NCBI GenBank assembly: GCA_036660175.1
Contig: JAVXBD010000001.1
Span: 4,511-68,510, forward strand
DNA: 64,000 nt
Direction of reading: 5' to 3'
DNA from: Christensenellaceae bacterium
Lineage (GTDB): Bacteria > Bacillota > Clostridia > Christensenellales > Christensenellaceae
Part shown: piece by piece, positions 27,003-35,959 of the stretch
Numbering within the stretch: position 1 is the stretch's first letter
How the letters are laid out: every line of letters begins with the position of its first letter
Program-made: the position numbers and the translations under genes
Notes under the pieces: generated by a model
Databases searched by the model: none
Told to the model about the DNA's origin: nothing
What the model saw: the letters and a program-made list of their open reading frames with translations, nothing else

Positions 27003-27971
27003 ATGGCATTATCAGAAGAAGAAAAATATTACATCAAATTAAAAGCATCTTACTTGTATTATATTGAGGACAAAACACAGTCCGAGATTGCAAAATTGTT
27101 TAATGTATCCCGCCCTACCTTGATTAAATTGCTAAATGACGCAAAAGATGAAGGCATTGTTAAAATTGAGATTCAAGACATACGCAGAGCAAATGCTTTT
27201 ATCGAATTAGAGCAGAAATTGCGTAAAAAATTGAATCTTCACGATGTGAAAATTGTTTCAGTAAATTTTAACGATAAACAGGCAACTCTAAACAACATTG
27301 GTGCAGCTGCAGCGCAGTATTTAAGCAGCATTATTAAATCTGGTATGATACTTGGCATCAGCTGGGGAAAGACATTAGAGGCCATGTCAAGATATGTACG
27401 TCATCAGCCAAATATTTCAGATATTTATATGATTCCGTTGCTTGGCGGCCCTGGCAACACAAACGGAAATAAAATGTATGCAAACTCGCTTTGTGAAATT
27501 ATTTCAAGCAATTATACGAATTGCTCGGTTGGCAGCATCTATGCACCACTGATTGCACCCAATAGAATTGTTGCAAAGGCATTTATGGAGAGCGATTCGA
27601 TGCGAGAAATTTTTAATAAAATGGAAAATTTAGATATTGCAATGGTTGGAATTGACGGAGATCCACACCACTCAACAACATCAGAAATGGAAATTTCAAT
27701 TCCTAATTTTGTAAAAAAATTGGAGGAGGCGCATATTGTAGGAAATATTTGTTCAAGATTCTTCGATATTGACGGCAACATCCTAAATAGTGATTTTGTT
27801 CATGACACGATTGCCATCAGCGTTGAAAATCTTCGTACAACACCTATTGTAATTGGTGTTGCAGGCGGCATACATAAAGTCGATTCTATTATCGGCGGAG
27901 CACGTGCAAAGCTGTATAATGTTTTGGTCACTGATGAAAATACAGCAAGGAAAATCTTAAAAACAATTTAA
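27003..27971 (+). CDS. SorC/DeoR-family sugar-binding transcriptional regulator
   Basis: N-terminal HTH (YYIEDKTQSEIAKLFNVSRPTLIKLLNDAKDEGIV) and a C-terminal SorC sugar-phosphate-binding domain (GISWGKTL ... VGIDG ... GVAGG.HK). I chose the start at MALSEEE with an AAGGAG ribosome-binding site. Confidence 0.85.
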   Translation: MALSEEEKYYIKLKASYLYYIEDKTQSEIAKLFNVSRPTLIKLLNDAKDEGIVKIEIQDIRRANAFIELEQKLRKKLNLHDVKIVSVNFNDKQATLNNIGAAAAQYLSSIIKSGMILGISWGKTLEAMSRYVRHQPNISDIYMIPLLGGPGNTNGNKMYANSLCEIISSNYTNCSVGSIYAPLIAPNRIVAKAFMESDSMREIFNKMENLDIAMVGIDGDPHHSTTSEMEISIPNFVKKLEEAHIVGNICSRFFDIDGNILNSDFVHDTIAISVENLRTTPIVIGVAGGIHKVDSIIGGARAKLYNVLVTDENTARKILKTI

Positions 27972-28003
27972 ATTAAAATATATAAAATGAAAAGGAGTAT
28001 TCT

Positions 28004-28963
28004 ATGCAACTTACAAGAGAAAAAATGGCAGACATGATGTATAAAATGTACTGCGCAAGATCATTTGAAGAACGCGTAAACGAAATGTTTATGAAGGGTG
28101 AAATACACGGTACGACTCACTTAAGTATTGGACAAGAGGGTTGTGCGGTAGGTGTTGTTTCTGCAACAAGAAAAGACGATTTGATGATGAGTCATCACAG
28201 AGGTCACAGTCATTGTATTGCAAAAGATGCCGACATTAACAAGATGATGGCTGAATTACTTGGTAAATCAACTGGATTTTGTAAAGGTATGGGCGGTTCT
28301 ATGCACATCGTTGACATTAACAGCAACAACTATGGTGCTAACGGTGTTATTGGTCCATCTATACCGATTGCATCAGGAATTGCACTTGCCTTAAAAAAAG
28401 ATAAGTCAGATAAGATAATCGTTGACTTTTTTGGTGATGGCACTACAAACTCTGGTTTGTTTCACGAAGCGTTAAATATGGCTTCTTTATGGAAGCTCCC
28501 CATTATATATATTTGTGAAAACAACCTATATGGTATGTCTACATCTGTTCAGAAGAGCATGGCTGTTGAAAACGTTGCTGATAGAGCATCTGCATACAAT
28601 ATGCCTGGTGTAATTGTTGATGGAAATGATGTGCTTGCGATTATGGCAGCGGTGGAAGAAGCGGCTGAGCGTGCAAGAACAGGCGGCGGCCCTACTTTAA
28701 TAGAGCTTAAGACATATAGATGGCTCGGACACTCGAAGAGCGATAAACGTGCCTACAGAACACGTGAAGAAGAAGCTGAATGGAAAGCAAAATGCCCTAT
28801 TAAACGTTTTGGCGCATATATGCTTACGCAAGGTTTTACGCAAGATGAAATTGATGCACTAAAAGCAAAAGCTGAAAAAGCGACTGCTGATGCTGTTGAA
28901 TTTGCACTTGCTTCCCCAGAGTTGACGCTTGAAGAAGCAAAAGCTCTTGTGTTCGCAGAATAA
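28004..28963 (+). CDS. TPP-dependent 2-oxoacid/acetoin dehydrogenase E1 alpha subunit
   Basis: The TPP motif GDGTTNSG ... ENNLYGMST and the 319-aa length are typical of heterotetrameric E1 alpha (AcoA/PdhA type). Confidence 0.9.
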   Translation: MQLTREKMADMMYKMYCARSFEERVNEMFMKGEIHGTTHLSIGQEGCAVGVVSATRKDDLMMSHHRGHSHCIAKDADINKMMAELLGKSTGFCKGMGGSMHIVDINSNNYGANGVIGPSIPIASGIALALKKDKSDKIIVDFFGDGTTNSGLFHEALNMASLWKLPIIYICENNLYGMSTSVQKSMAVENVADRASAYNMPGVIVDGNDVLAIMAAVEEAAERARTGGGPTLIELKTYRWLGHSKSDKRAYRTREEEAEWKAKCPIKRFGAYMLTQGFTQDEIDALKAKAEKATADAVEFALASPELTLEEAKALVFAE

Positions 28964-28977
28964 GGAGGAGTTAATTA

Positions 28978-29958
28978 ATGAGTATTATTACATTTAAACA
29001 AGCAATATCAGATGCTTTAAAAGAAGAATTACGCAGAGATGACAAAGTTTTTCTGATGGGCGAAGACATGGGAATCTATGGTGGATGTTTCGGCGTAACT
29101 GCTGGGTTCTTAGATGAATTTGGCGAAGAAAGAATCATGGACACACCAATTTCTGAAGGTGGCTTTACTGCTATGGCAGTTGGCGCAGCCATGAAAGGAT
29201 ACCGTCCTGTTGTCGAGTATATGTTCTCTGATTTTTGTACTGTTGCAATGGATGCAATTGTCAATCAGGCTGCAAAATCACGTTTTATGCTTGGCGGGCA
29301 AGTTAAAGTGCCTTTGGTTATCAGAACCCCATCGGGCAGCGGTACTGGTGCAGCAGCACAGCATAGTCAAAGTTTAGAAGCTTGGTTCTGCCATGTTCCT
29401 GGACTTACCGTTATTGCACCATCAAGCCCCTATGATGCAAAAGGCTTACTCAAAGCTGCAATCAGAAGTGATAACCCTATTATGTTCTACGAGCATAAAA
29501 TTGGTTATAGCGTAAAAGGCGAAGTTCCTGATGAAGAATACGTTCTTCCAATTGGAAAAGCAGACATTAAAAGAGAAGGCAAAGATGTTACCATTATCAG
29601 CTATGCCTACACTCTTCAAAAATGCTTAAAGGCAGCAGAAATGCTTGAAAAAGATGGGATTGATGCAGAAGTTTTAGATTTGCGTACCGTAAGCCCTCTT
29701 GACAAAGAAGCAATTATTAAATCTGTTAGCAAAACAGGCAAAGCATTTATTACTCATGAAGGTGTACAGAAGTTTGGTGTTGGTGCTGAAGTTTCAAGTA
29801 TCATAACAGACAGCGAAGCATTTTTCCATCTTGATAGACCTGTTAGACGTTTTGGCGGTGCGGACGATATACCGATTCCCTATTCACCAAAATTAGAGGC
29901 GCAAGTTGTGCCGCAGGTTGAAACAATCTATCAAGGCGTAAAAGACTTATTAAAGTAG
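28978..29958 (+). CDS. 2-oxoacid/acetoin dehydrogenase E1 beta subunit
   Basis: Transketolase-like pyrimidine-binding and C-terminal domains (VFLMGEDMG ... RIMDTPISEGGF ... PIMFYEHK). 326 aa. Confidence 0.9.
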   Translation: MSIITFKQAISDALKEELRRDDKVFLMGEDMGIYGGCFGVTAGFLDEFGEERIMDTPISEGGFTAMAVGAAMKGYRPVVEYMFSDFCTVAMDAIVNQAAKSRFMLGGQVKVPLVIRTPSGSGTGAAAQHSQSLEAWFCHVPGLTVIAPSSPYDAKGLLKAAIRSDNPIMFYEHKIGYSVKGEVPDEEYVLPIGKADIKREGKDVTIISYAYTLQKCLKAAEMLEKDGIDAEVLDLRTVSPLDKEAIIKSVSKTGKAFITHEGVQKFGVGAEVSSIITDSEAFFHLDRPVRRFGGADDIPIPYSPKLEAQVVPQVETIYQGVKDLLK

Positions 29959-29971
29959 GAGGTACACAGTT

Positions 29972-30913
29972 TTGAGCGAAATTATGTCCACTCCTGCTTC
30001 TAAACGACTTTCAAAAGAACGCGGGATAGATCTAAGAAAGGTAAAACCAAGTGGTATCACGGGATATATACAATTATCCGATGTCATAAACTTTAGAGGC
30101 GTAAAAGCAACGCCTTTAGCGATTGCGATTGCCGAATATAATAATATTGATATTGAACAAGTTCATGCTGATGGCGGTGTAATCCGTAAAAGCGATGTAC
30201 TTGCTTATATCGAAAATCCAACTGGCAGCACAACGATTCCTGTTGATGGAATGCGTAAAGTTATCGCACAACGTATGATGCAAAGTATGCAGGCTTCTCC
30301 TCAATATACTATGTTTATGGAAGTTGATGTTTTTGCAGTCAAAAAATTCTTTGCAGCCTATAAAGCGGAATGCTTGGAAAATGGGCAGCCAAAACCAACA
30401 TTGTCCGATGTGTTTATAAAAGCATGTGCGATGGCATTAAAAGAACATCCAATTGTTAACTCAACGTTCTATGATACGTATATTGAAATGCACAGAGATA
30501 TTAATGTTGGACTTGCAGTTGCACTGGAAAACGGTTTGATTGTGCCAAATATCAAAAATTCAGACTTGAAATCACTTGCAGAAATTACAGCAGATAGAAT
30601 TGGAATTGTTGGACGTGCAAGAGAAGGCAAACTTGCTCCTGACGATTGTTCAGGCGGAACGTTTACTATCACAAATTTAGGTCAGTTCCCTGTTGAATAT
30701 GCGACACCTGTTATTAATCAACCTGAAAGTGCAATTATTGGGCTTGGTACCATGGTTGACAAGGTGGTAGTAATTGATGGGAACATAGGCATTCATCCAA
30801 TGATGGGTATCAGTGTTACCTTTGATCATCGTCATGTTGACGGTGCTGCAGGCGGTAAATTCATGGGAACATTAAAAGAAATTTTAAGCAATCCGCAATC
30901 TTTGCGGGACTAA
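29972..30913 (+). CDS. Dihydrolipoamide acyltransferase E2 core lacking a lipoyl domain (two subunit-binding domains plus catalytic domain)
   Basis: Two PSBD-like segments (TPASKRLSKERGIDLRKVKPSGITGYIQLSDV; ATPLAIAIAEYNNIDIEQVHADGGVIRKSDVLAYI). They are followed by the catalytic domain with DHRHVDGA. There is no ETDK lipoyl motif, and only 13 nt separate it from E1 beta. TTG start 8 nt after AGGAGG. Confidence 0.85.
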   Translation: MSEIMSTPASKRLSKERGIDLRKVKPSGITGYIQLSDVINFRGVKATPLAIAIAEYNNIDIEQVHADGGVIRKSDVLAYIENPTGSTTIPVDGMRKVIAQRMMQSMQASPQYTMFMEVDVFAVKKFFAAYKAECLENGQPKPTLSDVFIKACAMALKEHPIVNSTFYDTYIEMHRDINVGLAVALENGLIVPNIKNSDLKSLAEITADRIGIVGRAREGKLAPDDCSGGTFTITNLGQFPVEYATPVINQPESAIIGLGTMVDKVVVIDGNIGIHPMMGISVTFDHRHVDGAAGGKFMGTLKEILSNPQSLRD

Positions 30914-30928
30914 AAAAGGAGTAACGAT

Positions 30929-32674
30929 ATGGGTAATTTTATACTTATGCCAAAACTTGGCATGACTATGACAGATGGAAAAATAATCAAATGGCTAAAA
31001 AATATAGGTGATGATGTAGAAAAGGGCGACTATGTTTTTGAAGTTGAAACAGATAAGACTTCTTTGGAAGTTGATGCTTTATATGACGGTAAACTTTTAA
31101 AAATATTCTTTGATGAGGGCGAAACTGCTCCTATCAACTACCCTGTTGGCTATATTGGTGCCGAGGGTGAAGAGATTCCCCCACTTCCAGAGATGGAAAA
31201 CGCACCAGCAGCAGAAACAGAAACAAAAGCAGCACCGGCAGCGGCTGCTCCTAAGGCTGCTCCCAAAAAAGAAGCAAAACCGAAAAAGAAAATTGATATG
31301 AGCAAATTTGACTATGAGCTTCTTGTGATTGGGGCTGGTCCTGGTGGATATGTTGCGGCAATTCGTGCAGCACAGCTTGGCGCAAAAGTTGCCATTGTTG
31401 AATGTGACGAAGTTGGTGGCACTTGCCTAAACCGTGGCTGTATTCCTACTAAAGCACTTTACACCAGTGCAAAAGTTTTTGGCAAACTCAAACATTGTGC
31501 TGATTATGGATTGAGCGTATCTGGTGCAGGATTTGACTGGAAAAAAATAATGGAGCGCAAAGACGGCATTGTAAAACAATTGACTACAGGTGTTGCGGGA
31601 CTGCTTAAGAAAAACGGTGTTACAATTATCAAAGGCAGAGCAAAAATCACAGATGCAAATACAGTTGAAGTTGACTTAAACGGAACAAAAACAAAGCATT
31701 CTGCTGGATATATTATGATTGCAACAGGTACACAGCCAATCAGCGTACTTAAAAATGTTGATAAGGCTGTAAAGATTAATACCACTGATGATATTCTTAC
31801 AATGCAAACCTTGCCTAAGAGCATGGTTATTGTGGGCGGTGGCGTTATTGGTGTTGAAATTGCAAACATTATGTCATCGTTTGATGTTGATGTAACAATT
31901 TTAGAGCTTATGCCTACTATTATTCCTATGGTTGATGCGGAAATTTCTACCATGTTAAAGAGTAAACTTGTTGCAAAAGGTGTAAAAATCTTAAACGAAG
32001 TAACAGCAAATACCATTAAAAAAGATGGCAAGGACAATGTTTTAGAACTTTCAAATGGTGAAACAATTAAGTGCGAATATATTCTTGAGGCTGTTGGACG
32101 TGGTGTCGTAAGCGATGCTTTTGCAGACATGAAACTCTCTACTTCTCCAAGAGGATTTATCACAGTTGATGACTCTATGTGTTCCAGTGTTGATAGCATT
32201 TATGCAATCGGCGATGTAACGGGAGGCTATATGCTTGCTCACGAAGCATCAGAGCAAGGAATTATTGCTGTTGAAACAATGTTTGGCGAAGCACCAACTG
32301 GCGAAATGTTAATACCATCATGTATCTTTACAGAACCAGAAATCTCCTTTGTTGGCAAAACAGAGCAGCAGGCAAAAGATGCAGGGATTCCTGCTAAAAG
32401 CTTTAAGTTCCCATTTGCAGCTAACGGAAAAGCATTGACATTAGGTGAATCTGATGGATTTGTAAAAGTTGTTGTAGATGAGCGTTATGGCGAGATACTC
32501 GGTGTTCACATTATTGGACCTGAAGCATCCAGCTTAATTCATGAGGCTGTCATGGCTATGAATTTAGAAGCAACTGCACAGTCGGCGGGTCATGTTGTTC
32601 ATGCACATCCGACACTTTCAGAAGCTCTTATGGAAGCATTCTTAGGAGCAAGCACAGGCGCTATACATATGTAA
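30929..32674 (+). CDS. Dihydrolipoyl dehydrogenase E3 with an N-terminal lipoyl domain
   Basis: Residues 1-80 form a lipoyl domain (MPKLGMTMTDGKI ... VETDKTSLEVDA). Then comes an Ala/Pro/Lys linker, then E3 (GAGPGGY, redox disulfide GGTCLNRGCIPTK, C-terminal HAHPTLSE). Confidence 0.9.
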   Translation: MGNFILMPKLGMTMTDGKIIKWLKNIGDDVEKGDYVFEVETDKTSLEVDALYDGKLLKIFFDEGETAPINYPVGYIGAEGEEIPPLPEMENAPAAETETKAAPAAAAPKAAPKKEAKPKKKIDMSKFDYELLVIGAGPGGYVAAIRAAQLGAKVAIVECDEVGGTCLNRGCIPTKALYTSAKVFGKLKHCADYGLSVSGAGFDWKKIMERKDGIVKQLTTGVAGLLKKNGVTIIKGRAKITDANTVEVDLNGTKTKHSAGYIMIATGTQPISVLKNVDKAVKINTTDDILTMQTLPKSMVIVGGGVIGVEIANIMSSFDVDVTILELMPTIIPMVDAEISTMLKSKLVAKGVKILNEVTANTIKKDGKDNVLELSNGETIKCEYILEAVGRGVVSDAFADMKLSTSPRGFITVDDSMCSSVDSIYAIGDVTGGYMLAHEASEQGIIAVETMFGEAPTGEMLIPSCIFTEPEISFVGKTEQQAKDAGIPAKSFKFPFAANGKALTLGESDGFVKVVVDERYGEILGVHIIGPEASSLIHEAVMAMNLEATAQSAGHVVHAHPTLSEALMEAFLGASTGAIHM

Positions 32675-32701
32675 GAAATTACCAAAAGATTTATTAAACA
32701 C

Positions 32702-32732
32702 AAAAAAGCAGGCATCTATTGTCTGCTTTTTT
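32702..32732 (+). terminator. Rho-independent terminator after E3 (symmetric, could act in both directions)
   Basis: AAAAAAGCAG ... CTGCTTTTTT with an 11-nt loop. Confidence 0.65.
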
Positions 32733-32765
32733 GCATGCTGAATAATTTCTTTTAAGCATATAATA

Positions 32766-32792
32766 AAAGAGCTATACTATATAGCCCTTTTA
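32766..32792 (-). terminator. Candidate terminator hairpin after the last URO-D-like gene
   Basis: Stem aaaagagctat / atagccctttt with one mismatch and a 5-nt loop. On the minus strand it is followed by a T-rich run. Confidence 0.35.
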
Positions 32793-32819
32793 CTAATATA
32801 TGTTATAGGAGTAATGAAA

Positions 32820-33959
32820 TTAGTAGTTTCCATATTTTAGACAGGTATCAAAAAATGTCTGAACGTTTTGTGGCGATACATCTGACTGTATATTATGTAT
32901 TGATGCAAAAACAAAACCACCATTGGGTTTAAAATCTAATACACGTTTTTTCGTTTCCTGCTGTACATCAGAAGTACTTCCCTGTGACATAATAACAGGA
33001 TTTGCTCCACCGCCCCAAAAAACGAGGTCTTTACCAAATTCTCTTTTTAGCTTTGCACTATCCATGTTTTTTGCTTGAATCTGCACAGGATTTAAAATAT
33101 CAACCCCAACATCAATCAAATCAGGAATAAACTCATACATACTGCCACAGCCGTGATAATAAACTTTTGCATCAGTATTCGCTTTGATACAATCAACTAA
33201 CTCTCTATGCCGCCACTTAAATATATCTCTATATGTTTTGGGATTAAATAGAGGTCCTGTCTGACTGCCTAAATCATCACCAATCTGCACAACTTGTACA
33301 TATTTTCCGATTTCTTTTAGGCATAGCGGCCAAAAAACCAAATACCAATCCAACACTTTTTGTGCAATACATTCAATTGCTTTTATATCTGCCGCCAAAT
33401 CCATATACATGACTTGAATGCTACGTAACGCATAAATCTGTTCAAAAATTCCCCATATTGGGCTATATAGAACCAATGCCTTATCGGTATGTTCATACAA
33501 ATATTGAACTTCTTCTTTTAAATTTTTTAAACGTGCCTTGTCATTCGGATCTGGCATCTGCCATTTTTTCAACTGTTCATATGTATAATCTTCAAGTACA
33601 CATTTTTCAAAATCATAATATAAACCATGATCTTTAGGGCATCTAAGTTTCGTTCCTAACTGATCATAATATGTCGTATATTTTCCCTCATCAACGATGT
33701 CCAGCGAATAACCGGTGCGTGGTTTTGTATGTATCGGCAAAACATCTGAATGAAATCTATCCAACAATCGCTTGTCTGGGAAAACAATTTGCTGAAAGCA
33801 ATCTTGAATTTTTGTTTCATAATAATCAAACTTATAAAACGCTGCAAGTGCTTTTTCACCATCTCTGTGAATGCTGTCGTGTACCCCACCAAAAGCGATG
33901 GGCACACGATCAGCTTCTTTATGATTTAATGCGCATATTATACGCTCTCGTGAGGTCAT
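32820..33959 (-). CDS. URO-D/MT2-like protein, paralog (last gene of the importer operon)
   Basis: 379 aa. The N-terminus MTSRERIICALNHKEADRVP is almost the same as the paralog at 38725-39849. HGCG motif (KVYYHGCGSMYEF) and GVDILNPVQ block. Confidence 0.7.
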   Translation of the reverse strand: MTSRERIICALNHKEADRVPIAFGGVHDSIHRDGEKALAAFYKFDYYETKIQDCFQQIVFPDKRLLDRFHSDVLPIHTKPRTGYSLDIVDEGKYTTYYDQLGTKLRCPKDHGLYYDFEKCVLEDYTYEQLKKWQMPDPNDKARLKNLKEEVQYLYEHTDKALVLYSPIWGIFEQIYALRSIQVMYMDLAADIKAIECIAQKVLDWYLVFWPLCLKEIGKYVQVVQIGDDLGSQTGPLFNPKTYRDIFKWRHRELVDCIKANTDAKVYYHGCGSMYEFIPDLIDVGVDILNPVQIQAKNMDSAKLKREFGKDLVFWGGGANPVIMSQGSTSDVQQETKKRVLDFKPNGGFVFASIHNIQSDVSPQNVQTFFDTCLKYGNY

Positions 33960-33961
33960 GA

Positions 33962-34930
33962 TCAGTCACTTATTTTCTCTTTTACAAGTTTGTCCAGCAA
34001 TACTGCTAAAACCAATACCATGCCTTTTACAACATATTGATAGAACGGAGGAACACCTGCCTGATTCATGCCTATTCCCAATATAATCAATATGAAGGCA
34101 CCGGCAATTGTTCGTGCTACTGAGCCTTCTCCGCCAAAGAAACTTGTACCACCCATCAGGATGGCAATGATTACATCAAGCTCAAAACCCATGCCTGCTG
34201 TGGCATCACCAATGGTCATATTTGAAGCTCTGATAACTCCTGAGAATGCCGCTGCGCAACCAACCATTGCATACAAAACCCAAACAATCATTTTTACGTT
34301 TATACCTGCAAGTTGTGCTGCCGTTTGATTTCCGCCAATAGCGATTGAATATTTACCAAATATACTTTTCTTCTGCAGTAAGACAAATATCACAACTGCT
34401 GCTATCATCAAAAATAATTGTATAGGAACGCCACCAACATCGCCTCTTCCAAGAAAACCAAAATCTTTTGGAAGATTTCCTTTTACGTACGGTATGGTTT
34501 CTCCACACATTAGTTTTGAAACACCAAGCAGAATATTCATTGTTGCCAGTGTCGCAATAACAGGAATTATTTTTAGTTTTACTACAATAAACCCGTTTAT
34601 AATTCCGATACCAATACCAACAATTGCTACTAAAATAGCCGAGATAGGAGTTGCTATTCCTATCTTACAGAATGTTGCAAACAAAACACCCGAAAATCCA
34701 AGTATGCTGCCTACAGAAAGATCAACATTTCCAGAAAGCATTAACAGTGTTGCAGCCGCAGAGGTAATAACCAGCGGTGCTGCGGTGCGCAAAATATTAT
34801 TTACGCTTGCAATTGATAAAAACTTTGGTGAAAGTGCCCAGAATATAATCACAAATAACAGTAATATGCCATAAACATAAAGATTTTTTACTGCATTTCT
34901 CCATGAAACCTTTTTTATGCTTTGTATCAT
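33962..34930 (-). CDS. Sugar ABC transporter permease (RbsC-type)
   Basis: 322-aa polytopic ORF resembling 251-1282 and 1272-2273. Confidence 0.85.
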   Translation of the reverse strand: MIQSIKKVSWRNAVKNLYVYGILLLFVIIFWALSPKFLSIASVNNILRTAAPLVITSAAATLLMLSGNVDLSVGSILGFSGVLFATFCKIGIATPISAILVAIVGIGIGIINGFIVVKLKIIPVIATLATMNILLGVSKLMCGETIPYVKGNLPKDFGFLGRGDVGGVPIQLFLMIAAVVIFVLLQKKSIFGKYSIAIGGNQTAAQLAGINVKMIVWVLYAMVGCAAAFSGVIRASNMTIGDATAGMGFELDVIIAILMGGTSFFGGEGSVARTIAGAFILIILGIGMNQAGVPPFYQYVVKGMVLVLAVLLDKLVKEKISD

Positions 34931-34966
34931 AGCTATGCCAACTCCTTTGTATAAATTTGAAGTAAT

Positions 34967-35959
34967 TTATTTATTCATTTTGTTTATGGCTGCTCTTTGT
35001 AAGAGTATAGCAGCGATAATAACAATTCCTTTTACAATAACCTGCCATTCAGGTGCTGCGGCAAAGAGGTTTAATGCGTTTTGGAGAACGCCGATGATAA
35101 ATACACCGATTACCATGCCAATAACAGAACCAGAACCGCCCTGCATACTTGTTCCGCCAAGAACAACTGCAACAACTGTATCAAATTCGTATCCGACTCC
35201 AACTTTACAATCGCCAGCGCCTAATTTTGAAGCAAGCAGCACACCAGCAAACCCAGCAATCAAACCACTCATCATAAACAATGTTGAAATTCTTTTGTTT
35301 ACTTTTACACCAGATAGTTCCGCTGCTTTTCTGTTTGCACCGATATAGAAAATTTGTCTGCCAAAGACTGTTTTATTTTGAATAAACATAAATACGAGTA
35401 CAAGTACAATCATTGTAATAACTGGTATCGTAAAGAATTCTGCGATTTCTACCTGCCCAAAAATTCTAAATTCTGGCGGCAAACCGACTTCAATCATTGA
35501 GCCATTTGCAAAAATATAAGCAAGTCCACGTGCAATAGACATCGTACCTAATGTTGCCACAACTGACGCCATACCAAGTTTTACTACCAAAAGAGCATTT
35601 AATGCCCCTATCAGCAACCCTACAAAAGAGGCAAGTATGACTGCAATTGCGAATGGAAGTCCTAAACCGCCATAGCTTGCAGGCTGGCAGAACCACGCAC
35701 ACATAACACCTGATGCACCAATAATAGAACCAATTGATAAATCAAAGTTACCTGTTATCATCAAAAATGTAATGGATACACCCACAATTACCAAAATTGA
35801 CTGCTGCGTAATAATGTTTCTAATATTAGAAGAATTCAAAAAACTCGGTTGTACCAAAGAAATTACAATAATCAGTATTCCCAATATCGCAAGCATAATA
35901 AGGGTGAGCTTTGATTGCTTTGAAAATCTGTTTTTTAAGGTTTTTTCCATATTATTCAC
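34967..35959 (-). CDS. Sugar ABC transporter permease (RbsC-type)
   Basis: 330-aa polytopic ORF. Its start overlaps the ATPase stop by 8 nt. Confidence 0.85.
   Translation of the reverse strand: MNNMEKTLKNRFSKQSKLTLIMLAILGILIIVISLVQPSFLNSSNIRNIITQQSILVIVGVSITFLMITGNFDLSIGSIIGASGVMCAWFCQPASYGGLGLPFAIAVILASFVGLLIGALNALLVVKLGMASVVATLGTMSIARGLAYIFANGSMIEVGLPPEFRIFGQVEIAEFFTIPVITMIVLVLVFMFIQNKTVFGRQIFYIGANRKAAELSGVKVNKRISTLFMMSGLIAGFAGVLLASKLGAGDCKVGVGYEFDTVVAVVLGGTSMQGGSGSVIGMVIGVFIIGVLQNALNLFAAAPEWQVIVKGIVIIAAILLQRAAINKMNK

Noticed and set aside
31504-32199. 231-aa minus-strand ORF
   Set aside because: It is antisense to the well-supported E3 dihydrolipoyl dehydrogenase gene. It has no recognisable motifs and no ribosome-binding site.
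28004-32674. Calling the E1/E2/E3 genes the housekeeping pyruvate dehydrogenase complex
   Set aside because: The operon is headed by a SorC sugar regulator and sits in an accessory sugar block. It also has an atypical lipoyl-less E2. Substrate identity cannot be read from the sequence, so I kept the generic call of a 2-oxoacid/acetoin-dehydrogenase-like complex.
34494-35348. 126-aa and 143-aa plus-strand ORFs
   Set aside because: They are antisense to the two permease genes. This is the typical shadow-ORF pattern of hydrophobic genes.
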